NCBI GenBank assembly: GCA_002788675.1
Contig: PFRS01000001.1
Location: 170,308 to 234,307 of the forward strand
Direction: 5' to 3'
DNA length: 64,000 nucleotides
From: Candidatus Pacebacteria bacterium CG_4_9_14_0_2_um_filter_40_15
GTDB taxonomy: Bacteria; Patescibacteriota; Microgenomatia; UBA1400; PJMF01
Shown: one piece after another, positions 19,203 to 29,459 of the stretch
Position numbering within the stretch: position 1 is the first letter of the stretch
Layout of the letters: the number at the start of each line of letters is the position of its first letter
Program-made: the position numbers and the translations under genes
The notes under the pieces: model-generated
Seen by the model: only the letters and a program-made list of their open reading frames with translations
The model's database searches: none
What the model was told of the DNA's origin: nothing

Positions 19203-19655
19203 GTAGTTCTATTTATCAATCTTTTTTACATAAAAAATATGCTTGTCAGTCAGACTCATCTTCTGCCAATTTGCTACTTTTAGCTCTATTTGAGATCATA
19301 TTTTTTGACTCAATAAGTGTGACCAAACCTGGTGCTAACCCTTTGAATGGGTATCGGTTTCATCGATCGTTAGTAACTCAATGGACACATAACACTCTTA
19401 GACACAGCCACTTTAACAGGCAAACAAATACCAAATCAATAATTACTGCATTTTGTATTCTCTCTATTACTATTCATAAATATATCAAACATGGGTAAAA
19501 ATGATCGTCATTTTTATTATTAATACATCTTATTTATGATACTTTTTGGATGCATAAAATGTATGAAGCACCTTTGAGTACGAATCATTTGCGAAACTAG
19601 GTTTACTATATCGTGAAGAAGAATGCATAACAACCCATAGCATCGTCCGATATAA

Positions 19656-20357
19656 TTACAACTGTATCAATTGTTTTAGTTCTTCAAATACTGATTCTGA
19701 CAAGACTTCCTTTTCTACCAGTTCTTCTATTCGAGCATACGGTCTGTTAGCAACTATAGCCTCTGCACGCTTTGCACCGACTCCGGGCAGTGTATCAAGC
19801 TGCTCAACTGAACCAAAATTAATTGACACCACAGTTCCCTCCTCACCTGCATTTTGTGCTGTCTTTTCTGTTGCTGCAGACTGATGAGCTGTGTGTAGCA
19901 AAGTGGTGAGTTCGCTACACACATCCAAAACATCCTGATCTTCAAGAAATGGAATGTACACGCCTTCAGCATCATTAAGTCGATGCGCTAAATTGAGAGT
20001 TGTCTGGACAAAAATGCTGTCAGCATTACTCGCAAAACCACCTGCTGTGGTAACCAAGTCACCTACCCGGCTTCCGTTAGCAAGTTGATACATACCAGGA
20101 TTTGATACTGCTCCTGATATTGCAACCGTCACGTTCCGAGACTCCTCTGGAGGAGTTACTTTCTCATCTTGAGAATCAGCTTGAGGACAAGCAATAACGT
20201 CTGGTTCAAGGACTTCATACGCTTGAGTAGCACCAACAAATACCCAAGAGCCAAACCCCACACTACAAATGCCAAGTAAAAAGCAAAATGAAAGTATCAC
20301 CCTCATGAGGGTTTGTTTTGATAGACGTAACAATAAAAACTTAAGATCAGGAAACAT
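19656..20357 (-). CDS. comEA: ComEA: SLBB domain plus tandem helix-hairpin-helix DNA receptor
   Basis: N-terminal TM. SLBB region (VTVAISGAVSNPGMYQLANGSRVGDLV). C-terminal HhH pair (LDTLPGVGAKRAEAIVANRPYARIEEL). An alternative ATG lies at 20306. Confidence 0.8.
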   Translation of the reverse strand: MFPDLKFLLLRLSKQTLMRVILSFCFLLGICSVGFGSWVFVGATQAYEVLEPDVIACPQADSQDEKVTPPEESRNVTVAISGAVSNPGMYQLANGSRVGDLVTTAGGFASNADSIFVQTTLNLAHRLNDAEGVYIPFLEDQDVLDVCSELTTLLHTAHQSAATEKTAQNAGEEGTVVSINFGSVEQLDTLPGVGAKRAEAIVANRPYARIEELVEKEVLSESVFEELKQLIQL

Positions 20358-20443
20358 AGATCAAGATTAGACCATAATTCTGACATGTTCTGTAGAAAAG
20401 TGGAGCACTGCATCCTGGAGCAACGTCCTCCAGTTAAGTAAGA

Positions 20444-23400
20444 CTAATTTGATTGGGCACTCGAGGTACTGACGAGATCAGTCTGAAGGTCTACTTGTGC
20501 AGATACTGTAGCAGTTGACTGAGGTTCAGGCGAGACGACTGGAGTCTCAGTAGTAGGTGCAGGACTTGGTGTTGAAGTTGAAGTTGGTGTTGGTGTTGCA
20601 ACAGGTGCAGGAGTTAAGCCAGAAGCTCCAGCTGAATCCAAAACTTGCACAGGACTTGCTGGAGCGTTGTCGCTTAGCACGGCAAACCATTGCATTGTTC
20701 GATCACTTTCGTTAGAAGTTTTAAATTTCACTACAAAACCGATATTTGTAACAGATTCAACTGAATACTCACCAGAAAACACTTCTGTTCCAGATAAGAA
20801 CACCGTAGGAACCTCAGAAAACGGCTTTTTAAAGTTCACTTGTATTCTTGTCGCACCAGCAGGAACCACAAATGTGCCCAGTGTTTCACCTTCAAAGCGA
20901 ACAGCGTCTTTAAAGACAACTTGTCGCATAAAAGCAACAGAATCTGCAAACTCAGCTTTGGCTGAAAAGACCACGTTGGTTAAAAACTTCCACATACCAT
21001 CGCTGAGCGATAGATACTGTGCCCAATTCGCAAATTCAGCAGATTGAGTACTTTCTGTTGTTTGACCCAACACCACGCCTGTTGCAGTTACGACTGCTCC
21101 ATTAGCATCAATTTTAAGCGCCAAAGCATCGATTTGCTGTTGCTGTTCCTGCATAGCACTAACCAAAAGCGTTGGTAATCGAGAGTAGTTAATTCCCATG
21201 TACCCATCAACCTGGTTAGTGAAGGTAATCTCAGGGAAAATCTTTGCAACATCCTGGGCAATCAGACCGATGTCACTACTGCCGCCGTCTTTCCAGTTGA
21301 AGGTGTAGGTCTGCAACTGCATAACTTTGCTCAGTACCTCTGCTCCACTCAAATCAACCAAGTTTTCTTTAAGCCGTATGTCAGAACTTGAGGTGGTTAG
21401 GGTTCCATCTGCAGTCAAGTTAAGATCGGCACTGTAGGTACCAGAACCAACGGCGCTGAAGCGGGCATTGCCGACGACATCCAGCTTTATGCCTGGAACT
21501 GTTGAGCCAATTCCCACATTCTCTGTGCTAGAATCTACAAATAAGACACCATCATTAGTGTCACCATCCCAAGAGAAGTCCATATCCGTTTGGTTTGCCC
21601 AGTTTCCACTAAAGATAGCTGCTTCAACTTGGATACTTGGTGTACCACCTGCCTGCAAACGCAGTTTATTGTTTCCAAAGTCCATCTTGGTATCTGTGTC
21701 ACCATTGTGATATACCTCACCCCCCGGATAAACTCCAACTCCAATGTTGCCTGAAACATCTAATTTTGTAGCTGGAGATGAGGTGCCAATTCCCATGTTT
21801 CCACCAACTGACAAATCATAGTTAAAGCGGCTCGTACCAAAACTAGTACTTACCGAAAACACTGAATTACAACAATCCCTAAAAAGAGCTATGTCACCGT
21901 TGGTTCCACCAGCATTAAACTGCAACCAACCACTGCCAATACCATATCCAACAGTTTGAATTGAAGTAGATTGGTTTTCGGCGTTGTAGAGAGATAACAC
22001 CCCACTATTCGAAACCTTCATACGCGTTGCACCGCTGGCACTAGCAACAATAATATCTTGATCTCCAGTTTCATTAAAGATACTCAAGGCTTTGCCTGTT
22101 ACAGCCCCTTGCACATCAAGTTTGCTGACAGGACTATCTGTGCCAATTCCAATAGTTTCGGCTGAAGCATCAATTGTGAATACATTATAGTTTGTATCGC
22201 CGTTCCAGATAAAGTCGAGATTAGCCCTATTTAGATTACCTGTTAAGTAGTCATTTGTTCCTTCTGAAAGTGTCAAAAAACGAAGTCCTCCAGCCTGGAA
22301 CTCAAGTTGATCTGTTGAGGCGACAATCTTGGTATCAATGTCCCCTCGACTGATTATTGAACCATTAAAACCAATATCCCCTGCCACATCGAGCATATAT
22401 CCTGGAATGGTCGTACCAATTCCCAAATTACCAACTGTATCTAGAGCCATAAAGTATGGTGCACCCGTTCCAAACAATAGCGCATTACTCTCGTAGGTTT
22501 GTTGTGTCAAAATCTTCCAAGTTGCTCCCGCTAAACCACTCTTCAAGAAATATCCTGCCGAGTAGCCTGAATCTGAAGTATACGCACGGATGAGTGAATC
22601 TTTACCAGCACCTGCCTCAACATCGAGTCTAACTGTTGGTGCATTAGTTCCAATACCAATCATTCCTGCGCTATCATCTATAAAGAATGAATTCGCAAAA
22701 TTAGCTGTTGCAATCTCAAAATCAGGATCTGTTCCAACAGTAGCAATATCTATTTTCCCGTCTGATCTTGAAATAAACCTGGTGTAATTGCTGGCGTCAT
22801 ACCCTACTCGTAATTGTTCTGCAGTATTTAAGATATGAACAACTGCATTTGGATTGGTGCCAAATCCGACATAATGAGAACTTGGATTTATTTCCATGAT
22901 CCTATTAGCAGCTGCAGCATTATTTGTGGCACCAATAATGAAGTTACCATTACTGTACTGCGTACCAGCCCCCATACCCATGTGAACACTTACTTCTGAA
23001 GCATTAGTTTTTGTAAAAACAAGCTGATCCTCTGTGTTCGAATAAAGATGAACTATGCTGGCAGGAGCAGTTGTACCAACACCTAAATTCCCACTCACAT
23101 TCAATGCAGCGTTGCTGCCCGTTGTTGAAACTTGCCATCCACCACCGCTCATACGCTCTAGAGTGGTGTCATATGTTGCCGATCCTCCTCCAACATTCCA
23201 GGTTCCAGAACCGGTCATTGCAAAACGACGATACCCTTCTGTGCTAATTCCTCCAGAAAATAACGAGTTTACACTATTATCGGTGATCAAGTTAAGGAAA
23301 GATCTACCATCTGAAAGCTTAATAAATCCATTATCAAATCCACCAGAAATCTCGGTAGCACCCACATTCCAGTCATTTATCTTCAATACAGTGTTGAAGG

Positions 23401-26400
23401 TATTTGGCGCTGCAGAACTTGAAAAATCAAGGAAACCATTTGCATCAATTTTTGTTATCGCAGTTCCTGAGCTATTTTGCCATTCGGTTAAATTCCCTGG
23501 AGTTGTAGCATTTGCTTGGAAAATTGAAGTTACTCCAGAGGCTGATCCTTTAACGTGTACTTTACTCACAGGAGAAGTAGTTCCAATTCCCACATTTCCT
23601 AAAGGACTTAATAACACATGTCCATCTGCATTTAGAGCAATATTTCCACCGTTATGAGCATAAATATCATAGTTATAGAATGTATGTCTTGCACTTGGTG
23701 TTATACAATTTCTGTTACTACAACCATACTGATCCCAAGTAATATTGCCACTTCTGTCTAGATTAAAGACTGTTGAACCTGAGGCACTGGCGCTAATGAT
23801 ATTTTGATTGCCTGTTTCATTGAGGATGACGAGGGCTTTGCCGGTGGCGTCGCCGTTTACGTTGAAAATGCCGATTGGAGAGGTGGTGCCGATGCCGACA
23901 TTGCCAGAATTATCTACTCTCATTATTTCTACGCCTTGGATTTTAAAAAGATTTGAGGAGCCCGCATACGTTGCGTCTAAGTTGGTATTTCCATTTATAG
24001 TATCGTAGTAGACAAAAAAGTCAGTGTTGCTTCTAAATAAACCACTTTTTGGAGCAGCTGTTTTTACTGAAATATAATTGCTACCAGCTACCTGATAACT
24101 TCTAATTTCTCCACTGCCTGAAGTGTAGCCAGAATCAATCACACCATCAACTGAAAGCTTGTTTTGAGGACTCGTTGTTCCGATGCCTAGGTTTCCATTT
24201 CTATCAATTCTCATAGCTTCAGAAAGAGCGGTCCCATTTGTCGTTGAAAATGCTAATGCAGATCCGTAACCTGCATACTTTATGCCATAAGCCTTTACAT
24301 TTACAACGGAAGTCCCATTTACAGCACCCTCATGAACCCCATCAAAACCAAGACCCGCATTAAAATTATATGCTGCCGTATTTATGAATAGTGACCCACC
24401 AGCACTTCCGTTTCCAGTTCCGCTTCCTATATTAACTAACCCAAATGATGGAGTATTTCCATTCCAGGTAATTCCTGTTGTCCCTGTAACGTTTAGTTTG
24501 CCTAACGGCGCTCTCGTGCCGATGCCTACGTTGCCATCATTCTGAATCACAAACCTAGTTGTCCCAGAAGCGCTTGCAGTAAATATACTTTGATTTCCTG
24601 TTTCATTCAGAATTGCTAAAGCCTTGCCTGTGGATGCTCCTTCAACATTGAGTTTTCCGATTGGGGTGGTGGTGCCTATACCGATATTGCCAAAATCACT
24701 AATTCTCACCCTCTCAACCCCCCCAACAGAAAATCCTAAGCTATCTGCTGTCCCCGCAGTTGGTTGAAAAATACCATTATCAACACCAGCACTCCCAAAA
24801 TTATATGCAGGTGTACCTGCAGTACCATAAGTATTATTAGTAAAACCTGATGCACTAAATCTTGAGTTAATATTTCCACCTGCACCATTAACACCCAGGA
24901 TAACTGTGCCACCACTGCCTCCTCTTAGTTCAATATTGCCTCCATCTATTCTGAGACCAGACGCACTGACAGAACCAAATATATTTGGAGCAGCACTATC
25001 AAGCACTTTAACATTTCCGTTCACATCAAGTTTTTGGGCTGGGGTTGTCGTGCCGATGCCTACATTTCCAGAACTATTTTGAAAATAAACATCACCCGAA
25101 TTAAAATTAATGTTACCTGATGCATCGAGTTGTTGTCTCACTGATGAACCTGAAAATAATTGTAGTTCATTAGACGCAATTAATTTAATAGGATATCCAC
25201 TTCCAGATATCGTTACCAATAAACTCCCTTGTCCAGATCTTTCGAATAATGCACCTGTTTCCATTCCCGTCATATGTAATTTATAACTTGGAGCTGTCGT
25301 CCCCACCCCCACATTCCCCATAAAATAAGAATTCCCTGTTCCATTTACCTGTAAGTTACTTCCCAAAGTAGTAAGTCCAGTTACTCCAAGTGTAGAAGAA
25401 AGTGTTGTAGCTCCAGATACTTCTAAGGTGTTATTTAAGTTAGAAGCACCAGTTACTCCAAGATTTCCTGATAGTGTTGTATTTCCAGTCACTCCAAGGG
25501 TTGTACTGGCTGTTAGTGCTCCTCCAACGTTGGTAGCTCCATTCAAATAAGTGGTCCCAACCACATGTAATTTACTAGTTGGAACAGTAGTTCCCAATCC
25601 AACATTAGTTCCATTGTCATATAAAACAGAATCAGTAATAGCAAAGGTACTAGAGAATTTAGTTAAATAATTAGTTGTGCCACTTCCACCCATAGAAGCA
25701 GATGTTCCACTACAGTTTCCTGTAGCTAAACAAACAATTCCAGAAGCATCTGGAAAGGTCCAGGTTCTACCTGCTGTTAGGTCTTGGGAGGTTATTGTTC
25801 CCGTAAATTGCCCTGCTCCCTGAGCAACGGGCGAAATTGAGATGGGGTCGGTGTTAACTGGTGAAACAGTAAATACTCCACTACTTGTTTGACTTCCTAA
25901 AGTTACATTTCCAGAGGAATCAATCTTAAAAAAGGTATTGCTTCCATCCGTGCTTTCTACTCTAAAAACATCTGCTGTCCCACTGGAAGCTTGCTTAACT
26001 ACCAGTCCAGTGGCTCCAATATTTGTTGGAGTGATTGTTTGCGTGCTGCCAGGGTTGTTTACCAAGCAAGTAGGACACACGTCTCCTCCACCACTTACCG
26101 TTCCCCAAGCTAGCGAGCCACTCGAAACAGTGAGCACTTCACCATCTCCGCCCAGTCCCAAAGCTGCCAAAGTATTGGCACCACTTGCATACAAAATGTC
26201 GCCAGTGTTGTAGGAGGCCAGACCCGTGCCACCGTTGGTGGTTGGTAATGTGCCAGTAAGATAACTTGCACCACTGGCCAAATTAAGAGGGCTGGAACTT
26301 ACTACCCCACCCAAACTACTCTGCATTATGCCTGTTGAAAGCCCTGAAAAAGTTATCGTTCCTGATGAAGTCAGTCCAGTTGCCCCAGTAATTGCACCTG

Positions 26401-27316
26401 CATTGAGAATGCCTCCTCCAGAGTTGTTAAATCCACTGAGAACAGTAGTGGTGCCAAGCACCGACAAATTGCCAGAGATTGTGGTATTTCCAGACACATA
26501 CAGCTTGCTGGTGGGATCGGTAGTACCAATTCCTACGTTGTCTGTTGCGGTTCCTAGCACAACTGATGCCCCATTTTTTGTCCAGCCAGATACATTGAGT
26601 GCTACGGCATCGGCAGCAACGGTAATGGTTTTCCCCGAGTTTGTGAGTGAAACTCCCGTGCCTGCCTCCCAGGTGAGCGTGTCATCGTTACTTTCTGCCG
26701 AAAGTGTAGTGGAACCAATCTTAAAATTTTTAAAAATATTCTGAGCAGATCCCAAATCGGTGTTTTGCAATACCAGTCGTTGATCGCCAGTTATGGTTAA
26801 TCCATCTTGGGCTTCGATCGAGTACACCACATTTGTAGCCTCGATTTCTCCGCCTTGTACTACTAAATCTCCTGCCACAGTTACATTGCCATCGATGTTG
26901 GCATCGCCTTGCACTTCGAGTGCCCCAAGTACCAACGCTTCAGCCAATGAAACAGTGTCCGAAAAAACTGTTTTAATTCTAAAAACTAAGCTGTCTGCTT
27001 CTTCTGGTGAAACAACTCCTTTTACCTGGCCCCGGCTCTGATCATCAGAAGTGCTGCCAAGTACGGTAGGTTTTTCAGGCGATACCTGGCCAGTTTTGGA
27101 CATCGGTCGAGTAGTTTCATAGCGACGGAGCACACCAAAACCAAAAGTGTACACACAACTAGTGGTCAAAACAAACAACCCCACAACAAAAAGTAGGGCC
27201 ACCGCTCTTTTCCTGAGGTGTGTGACCAATTCACGCATATATAGTATATGGTACTGTTTTTTCGAGGAAATATGCAGACGAAGATCGACCGAATAAAGAG
27301 GATCAAATATACTCAA
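20444..27316 (-). CDS. giant (2290-aa) membrane-anchored surface protein of tail-fibre-like repeats with internal peptidase-S74 chaperone domain
   Basis: N-terminal TM (AVALLFVVGLFVLTT). Dozens of G(N)VGIGTT(S/T)P..KL.V modules. SDIRLKENL...GLIAQDV...EQQQQIDAL module 314-224 aa from the C-terminus. PT-rich C-terminal linker. A possible alternative start lies at 27238. Confidence 0.85.
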   Translation of the reverse strand: MSIFDPLYSVDLRLHISSKKQYHILYMRELVTHLRKRAVALLFVVGLFVLTTSCVYTFGFGVLRRYETTRPMSKTGQVSPEKPTVLGSTSDDQSRGQVKGVVSPEEADSLVFRIKTVFSDTVSLAEALVLGALEVQGDANIDGNVTVAGDLVVQGGEIEATNVVYSIEAQDGLTITGDQRLVLQNTDLGSAQNIFKNFKIGSTTLSAESNDDTLTWEAGTGVSLTNSGKTITVAADAVALNVSGWTKNGASVVLGTATDNVGIGTTDPTSKLYVSGNTTISGNLSVLGTTTVLSGFNNSGGGILNAGAITGATGLTSSGTITFSGLSTGIMQSSLGGVVSSSPLNLASGASYLTGTLPTTNGGTGLASYNTGDILYASGANTLAALGLGGDGEVLTVSSGSLAWGTVSGGGDVCPTCLVNNPGSTQTITPTNIGATGLVVKQASSGTADVFRVESTDGSNTFFKIDSSGNVTLGSQTSSGVFTVSPVNTDPISISPVAQGAGQFTGTITSQDLTAGRTWTFPDASGIVCLATGNCSGTSASMGGSGTTNYLTKFSSTFAITDSVLYDNGTNVGLGTTVPTSKLHVVGTTYLNGATNVGGALTASTTLGVTGNTTLSGNLGVTGASNLNNTLEVSGATTLSSTLGVTGLTTLGSNLQVNGTGNSYFMGNVGVGTTAPSYKLHMTGMETGALFERSGQGSLLVTISGSGYPIKLIASNELQLFSGSSVRQQLDASGNINFNSGDVYFQNSSGNVGIGTTTPAQKLDVNGNVKVLDSAAPNIFGSVSASGLRIDGGNIELRGGSGGTVILGVNGAGGNINSRFSASGFTNNTYGTAGTPAYNFGSAGVDNGIFQPTAGTADSLGFSVGGVERVRISDFGNIGIGTTTPIGKLNVEGASTGKALAILNETGNQSIFTASASGTTRFVIQNDGNVGIGTRAPLGKLNVTGTTGITWNGNTPSFGLVNIGSGTGNGSAGGSLFINTAAYNFNAGLGFDGVHEGAVNGTSVVNVKAYGIKYAGYGSALAFSTTNGTALSEAMRIDRNGNLGIGTTSPQNKLSVDGVIDSGYTSGSGEIRSYQVAGSNYISVKTAAPKSGLFRSNTDFFVYYDTINGNTNLDATYAGSSNLFKIQGVEIMRVDNSGNVGIGTTSPIGIFNVNGDATGKALVILNETGNQNIISASASGSTVFNLDRSGNITWDQYGCSNRNCITPSARHTFYNYDIYAHNGGNIALNADGHVLLSPLGNVGIGTTSPVSKVHVKGSASGVTSIFQANATTPGNLTEWQNSSGTAITKIDANGFLDFSSSAAPNTFNTVLKINDWNVGATEISGGFDNGFIKLSDGRSFLNLITDNSVNSLFSGGISTEGYRRFAMTGSGTWNVGGGSATYDTTLERMSGGGWQVSTTGSNAALNVSGNLGVGTTAPASIVHLYSNTEDQLVFTKTNASEVSVHMGMGAGTQYSNGNFIIGATNNAAAANRIMEINPSSHYVGFGTNPNAVVHILNTAEQLRVGYDASNYTRFISRSDGKIDIATVGTDPDFEIATANFANSFFIDDSAGMIGIGTNAPTVRLDVEAGAGKDSLIRAYTSDSGYSAGYFLKSGLAGATWKILTQQTYESNALLFGTGAPYFMALDTVGNLGIGTTIPGYMLDVAGDIGFNGSIISRGDIDTKIVASTDQLEFQAGGLRFLTLSEGTNDYLTGNLNRANLDFIWNGDTNYNVFTIDASAETIGIGTDSPVSKLDVQGAVTGKALSIFNETGDQDIIVASASGATRMKVSNSGVLSLYNAENQSTSIQTVGYGIGSGWLQFNAGGTNGDIALFRDCCNSVFSVSTSFGTSRFNYDLSVGGNMGIGTSSPATKLDVSGNIGVGVYPGGEVYHNGDTDTKMDFGNNKLRLQAGGTPSIQVEAAIFSGNWANQTDMDFSWDGDTNDGVLFVDSSTENVGIGSTVPGIKLDVVGNARFSAVGSGTYSADLNLTADGTLTTSSSDIRLKENLVDLSGAEVLSKVMQLQTYTFNWKDGGSSDIGLIAQDVAKIFPEITFTNQVDGYMGINYSRLPTLLVSAMQEQQQQIDALALKIDANGAVVTATGVVLGQTTESTQSAEFANWAQYLSLSDGMWKFLTNVVFSAKAEFADSVAFMRQVVFKDAVRFEGETLGTFVVPAGATRIQVNFKKPFSEVPTVFLSGTEVFSGEYSVESVTNIGFVVKFKTSNESDRTMQWFAVLSDNAPASPVQVLDSAGASGLTPAPVATPTPTSTSTPSPAPTTETPVVSPEPQSTATVSAQVDLQTDLVSTSSAQSN

Positions 27317-27550
27317 AAAAATAACAAATATGTATAAGAAGTATCATTGACAAATCAAGTTATTTTTTTAACTCAATTTCGTCTAGAATGGAATAAGTCT
27401 TACACTTTGAGATTGGTTTTGCGTGCTTAAACCACATTTATGCAAAAAAAACAAAACTGAGTACAAAGTGTACGAACGATTAAAAGAAGCTCCAATAAAA
27501 AAGACTAAATACTCTCTTTTTTAAGATAGCGATGGAGTAAAAAAGTAAAT

Positions 27551-28369
27551 ATGAAATTGAGTACATTTATTCGGAAACCAGCACTCACAGCCCTTGTACT
27601 TGGTAGTATCGCAGCCGTAGCATTTCCCTCACAACTCTTTGCTCAAGAAAAACTCGATACACCTCTGGGCATTGCCTACCAATTAAAGGTCGTCAGTGCC
27701 ATTGACGTCTTCAATGGCATGATCGTTTCAATTGGTGACAGTGCATATACCGAAAGTAACGGTACCTACGACCGCAATATGTATGGCGTTATCGACTTAT
27801 CACCGAGTATAGAGTTCACTTTTGGTAATACTGAAGATACTCTGCCTGTTATTGCTGATGGCACAGCCTACGTGGCAGTTTCAGGAGAAAATGGACCAAT
27901 TAACGAAGGTGACCTCATTACCAGCTCCTCAAAACCAGGAGTAGGTATGAAGGCAACAAAATCTGGCTTTACGTTAGGCGTTGCCGAAGAAAGCTACGCA
28001 GGAAGCACAGCGGAAGAACAAGGCTTAGTGGCAATTCGCATCAATAAACAGTTCACTTTTGGTGATGATTCACCAGATTCTGAAACTATTTCCGATCGTC
28101 TGCGAAACGTAGTAAGTTTAAGTGCAATTGCTGCCTTTGAAGAGCCAACCAAGGTTTTTAAGTATGTTGTGGCCGGAATCATTCTCACAATTGCAGTACT
28201 TGTCAGTTTTATTAGCCTGGGGCGCACGTCGCAAAAAGGAATTGAAGCCATTGGCCGAAACCCGCTGGCTCGCAGTAGCATTATAGCCAGTATTTTTGGT
28301 AATGTAGTGGTAGCCCTGTTTATGTTAGTAGCAGGAGTAGTAGGAGCGTACATCATGGTAACCCTTTAA
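27551..28369 (+). CDS. F-type ATPase c-subunit-like hairpin fused to signal peptide plus ~180-aa exported domain; lacks the conserved carboxylate
   Basis: The C-terminus GIEAIGRNPLARSSIIASIFGNVVVALFMLVAGVVGAYIMV aligns with the c-subunit loop/helix-2 (...IEGIARQPE...ALVEAL...), with Leu at the ion-binding Glu/Asp position. It is the first gene of the atp-like operon. Confidence 0.5.
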   Translation: MKLSTFIRKPALTALVLGSIAAVAFPSQLFAQEKLDTPLGIAYQLKVVSAIDVFNGMIVSIGDSAYTESNGTYDRNMYGVIDLSPSIEFTFGNTEDTLPVIADGTAYVAVSGENGPINEGDLITSSSKPGVGMKATKSGFTLGVAEESYAGSTAEEQGLVAIRINKQFTFGDDSPDSETISDRLRNVVSLSAIAAFEEPTKVFKYVVAGIILTIAVLVSFISLGRTSQKGIEAIGRNPLARSSIIASIFGNVVVALFMLVAGVVGAYIMVTL

Positions 28370-28370
28370 T

Positions 28371-28994
28371 ATGCAAGCATTCGACATCAACGTACTCTCT
28401 CTCTGGCTCATTTTTATTCTTGAGCTCATTATTGCTGGGATTGTACTTTCAGCCCACAGTAAAACCAAAAATTTCGAGAGAGACTATAAAAAAGCCATCA
28501 AAGATACACAAAAAGAACTTGAAGACGTGGTTACCGATACCGCCCGCGAAGCAAGTGAATCACTCGACGAAGTAAGCAGTGTTGCGCGAACAGCAGCTCA
28601 ACAAATACACGAACTTTCAGAGCGACTTAAAGAAGAAATCGAGACATCTCTCCTGACAGAAACAAAAGCACAACTCAGCAATCTAGAATCTTCAGCTAAA
28701 GAGCAAATTGCAGAACTTAATCAGGAGCTTATCGGCGCCGTGAGCCACACAAAATCACAAATGAACTCGCTGTTACTTGCACACGTTAAAGAAGCCACCA
28801 AGGAAATCGACACCTATCGCGATGAGCAAAAGTCAGCACTAGCAGAAAAAGCTGCAAACCAGGTGCAACTAGTTGCAAAACAGTACTTAAGTGAAAATCT
28901 TTCAAAAGAACAAGTACACACCCTCTGCTTAGCCCTTATTTCAAAAACATTAGAAGTGCGAAGTACTCCAAGTACCAAAGAGAAATCTGCCTAA
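28371..28994 (+). CDS. ATP synthase b-subunit-like stator protein
   Basis: One N-terminal TM helix followed by about 170 aa of charged coiled-coil. It sits in the operon position of atpF. Confidence 0.55.
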   Translation: MQAFDINVLSLWLIFILELIIAGIVLSAHSKTKNFERDYKKAIKDTQKELEDVVTDTAREASESLDEVSSVARTAAQQIHELSERLKEEIETSLLTETKAQLSNLESSAKEQIAELNQELIGAVSHTKSQMNSLLLAHVKEATKEIDTYRDEQKSALAEKAANQVQLVAKQYLSENLSKEQVHTLCLALISKTLEVRSTPSTKEKSA

Positions 28995-28997
28995 GCT

Positions 28998-29459
28998 ATG
29001 ACTGCCAACCAACTACAAGACTATCTTATTGAGTCAATCCACTCTGCCCACACGCTGTCAGCCCTGAGAACACATATCAGCACGCTGCGCAGCATGCTCT
29101 ATAGAAGTACCAGCAAAAAGCTCGATGCATACTTGCTGAATGAACTTCCTGAAAAGTTCTCCTTTGTAACTAAGCTACTGCGTGAAGCAGCCGACCCCAT
29201 TCAACAAGAAAAATTGCTCGAACTCACAGAAAAAATACTGCTTTCTTTTGAAACGCTCTACCTCACCCTACCCTACTCTCCAACCGAGAGCCAGTTGGGC
29301 AAGTATAAGCAGTTATTTGCTGCCCAAATTTCACAACCGTTCATAATTAAGGTTGAACTCGACCCCGATACTCTTGGCAAAATCACCTGGGAATTTGCAG
29401 GCGCACGCAAAACGGCTTCTGTGTTTGATACTTTGGCAGCAGAAGGAGGCCAGTTATGA
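28998..29459 (+). CDS. ATP synthase delta (OSCP)-like subunit
   Basis: 153 aa in the atpH position. The C-terminus is weakly OSCP-like (IIKVELDPDTLGKI...SVFDTL). Confidence 0.4.
   Translation: MTANQLQDYLIESIHSAHTLSALRTHISTLRSMLYRSTSKKLDAYLLNELPEKFSFVTKLLREAADPIQQEKLLELTEKILLSFETLYLTLPYSPTESQLGKYKQLFAAQISQPFIIKVELDPDTLGKITWEFAGARKTASVFDTLAAEGGQL

Noticed and set aside
20667-27041. Many 60-200-aa plus-strand ORFs inside the 2290-aa minus-strand gene
   Set aside because: They are antisense to a continuous, repeat-structured 6.9-kb ORF with strong internal homology, and are Pro/Ser/Thr/Val-rich mirror-frame artefacts. The same goes for the minus-strand ORFs inside 45736..63675.
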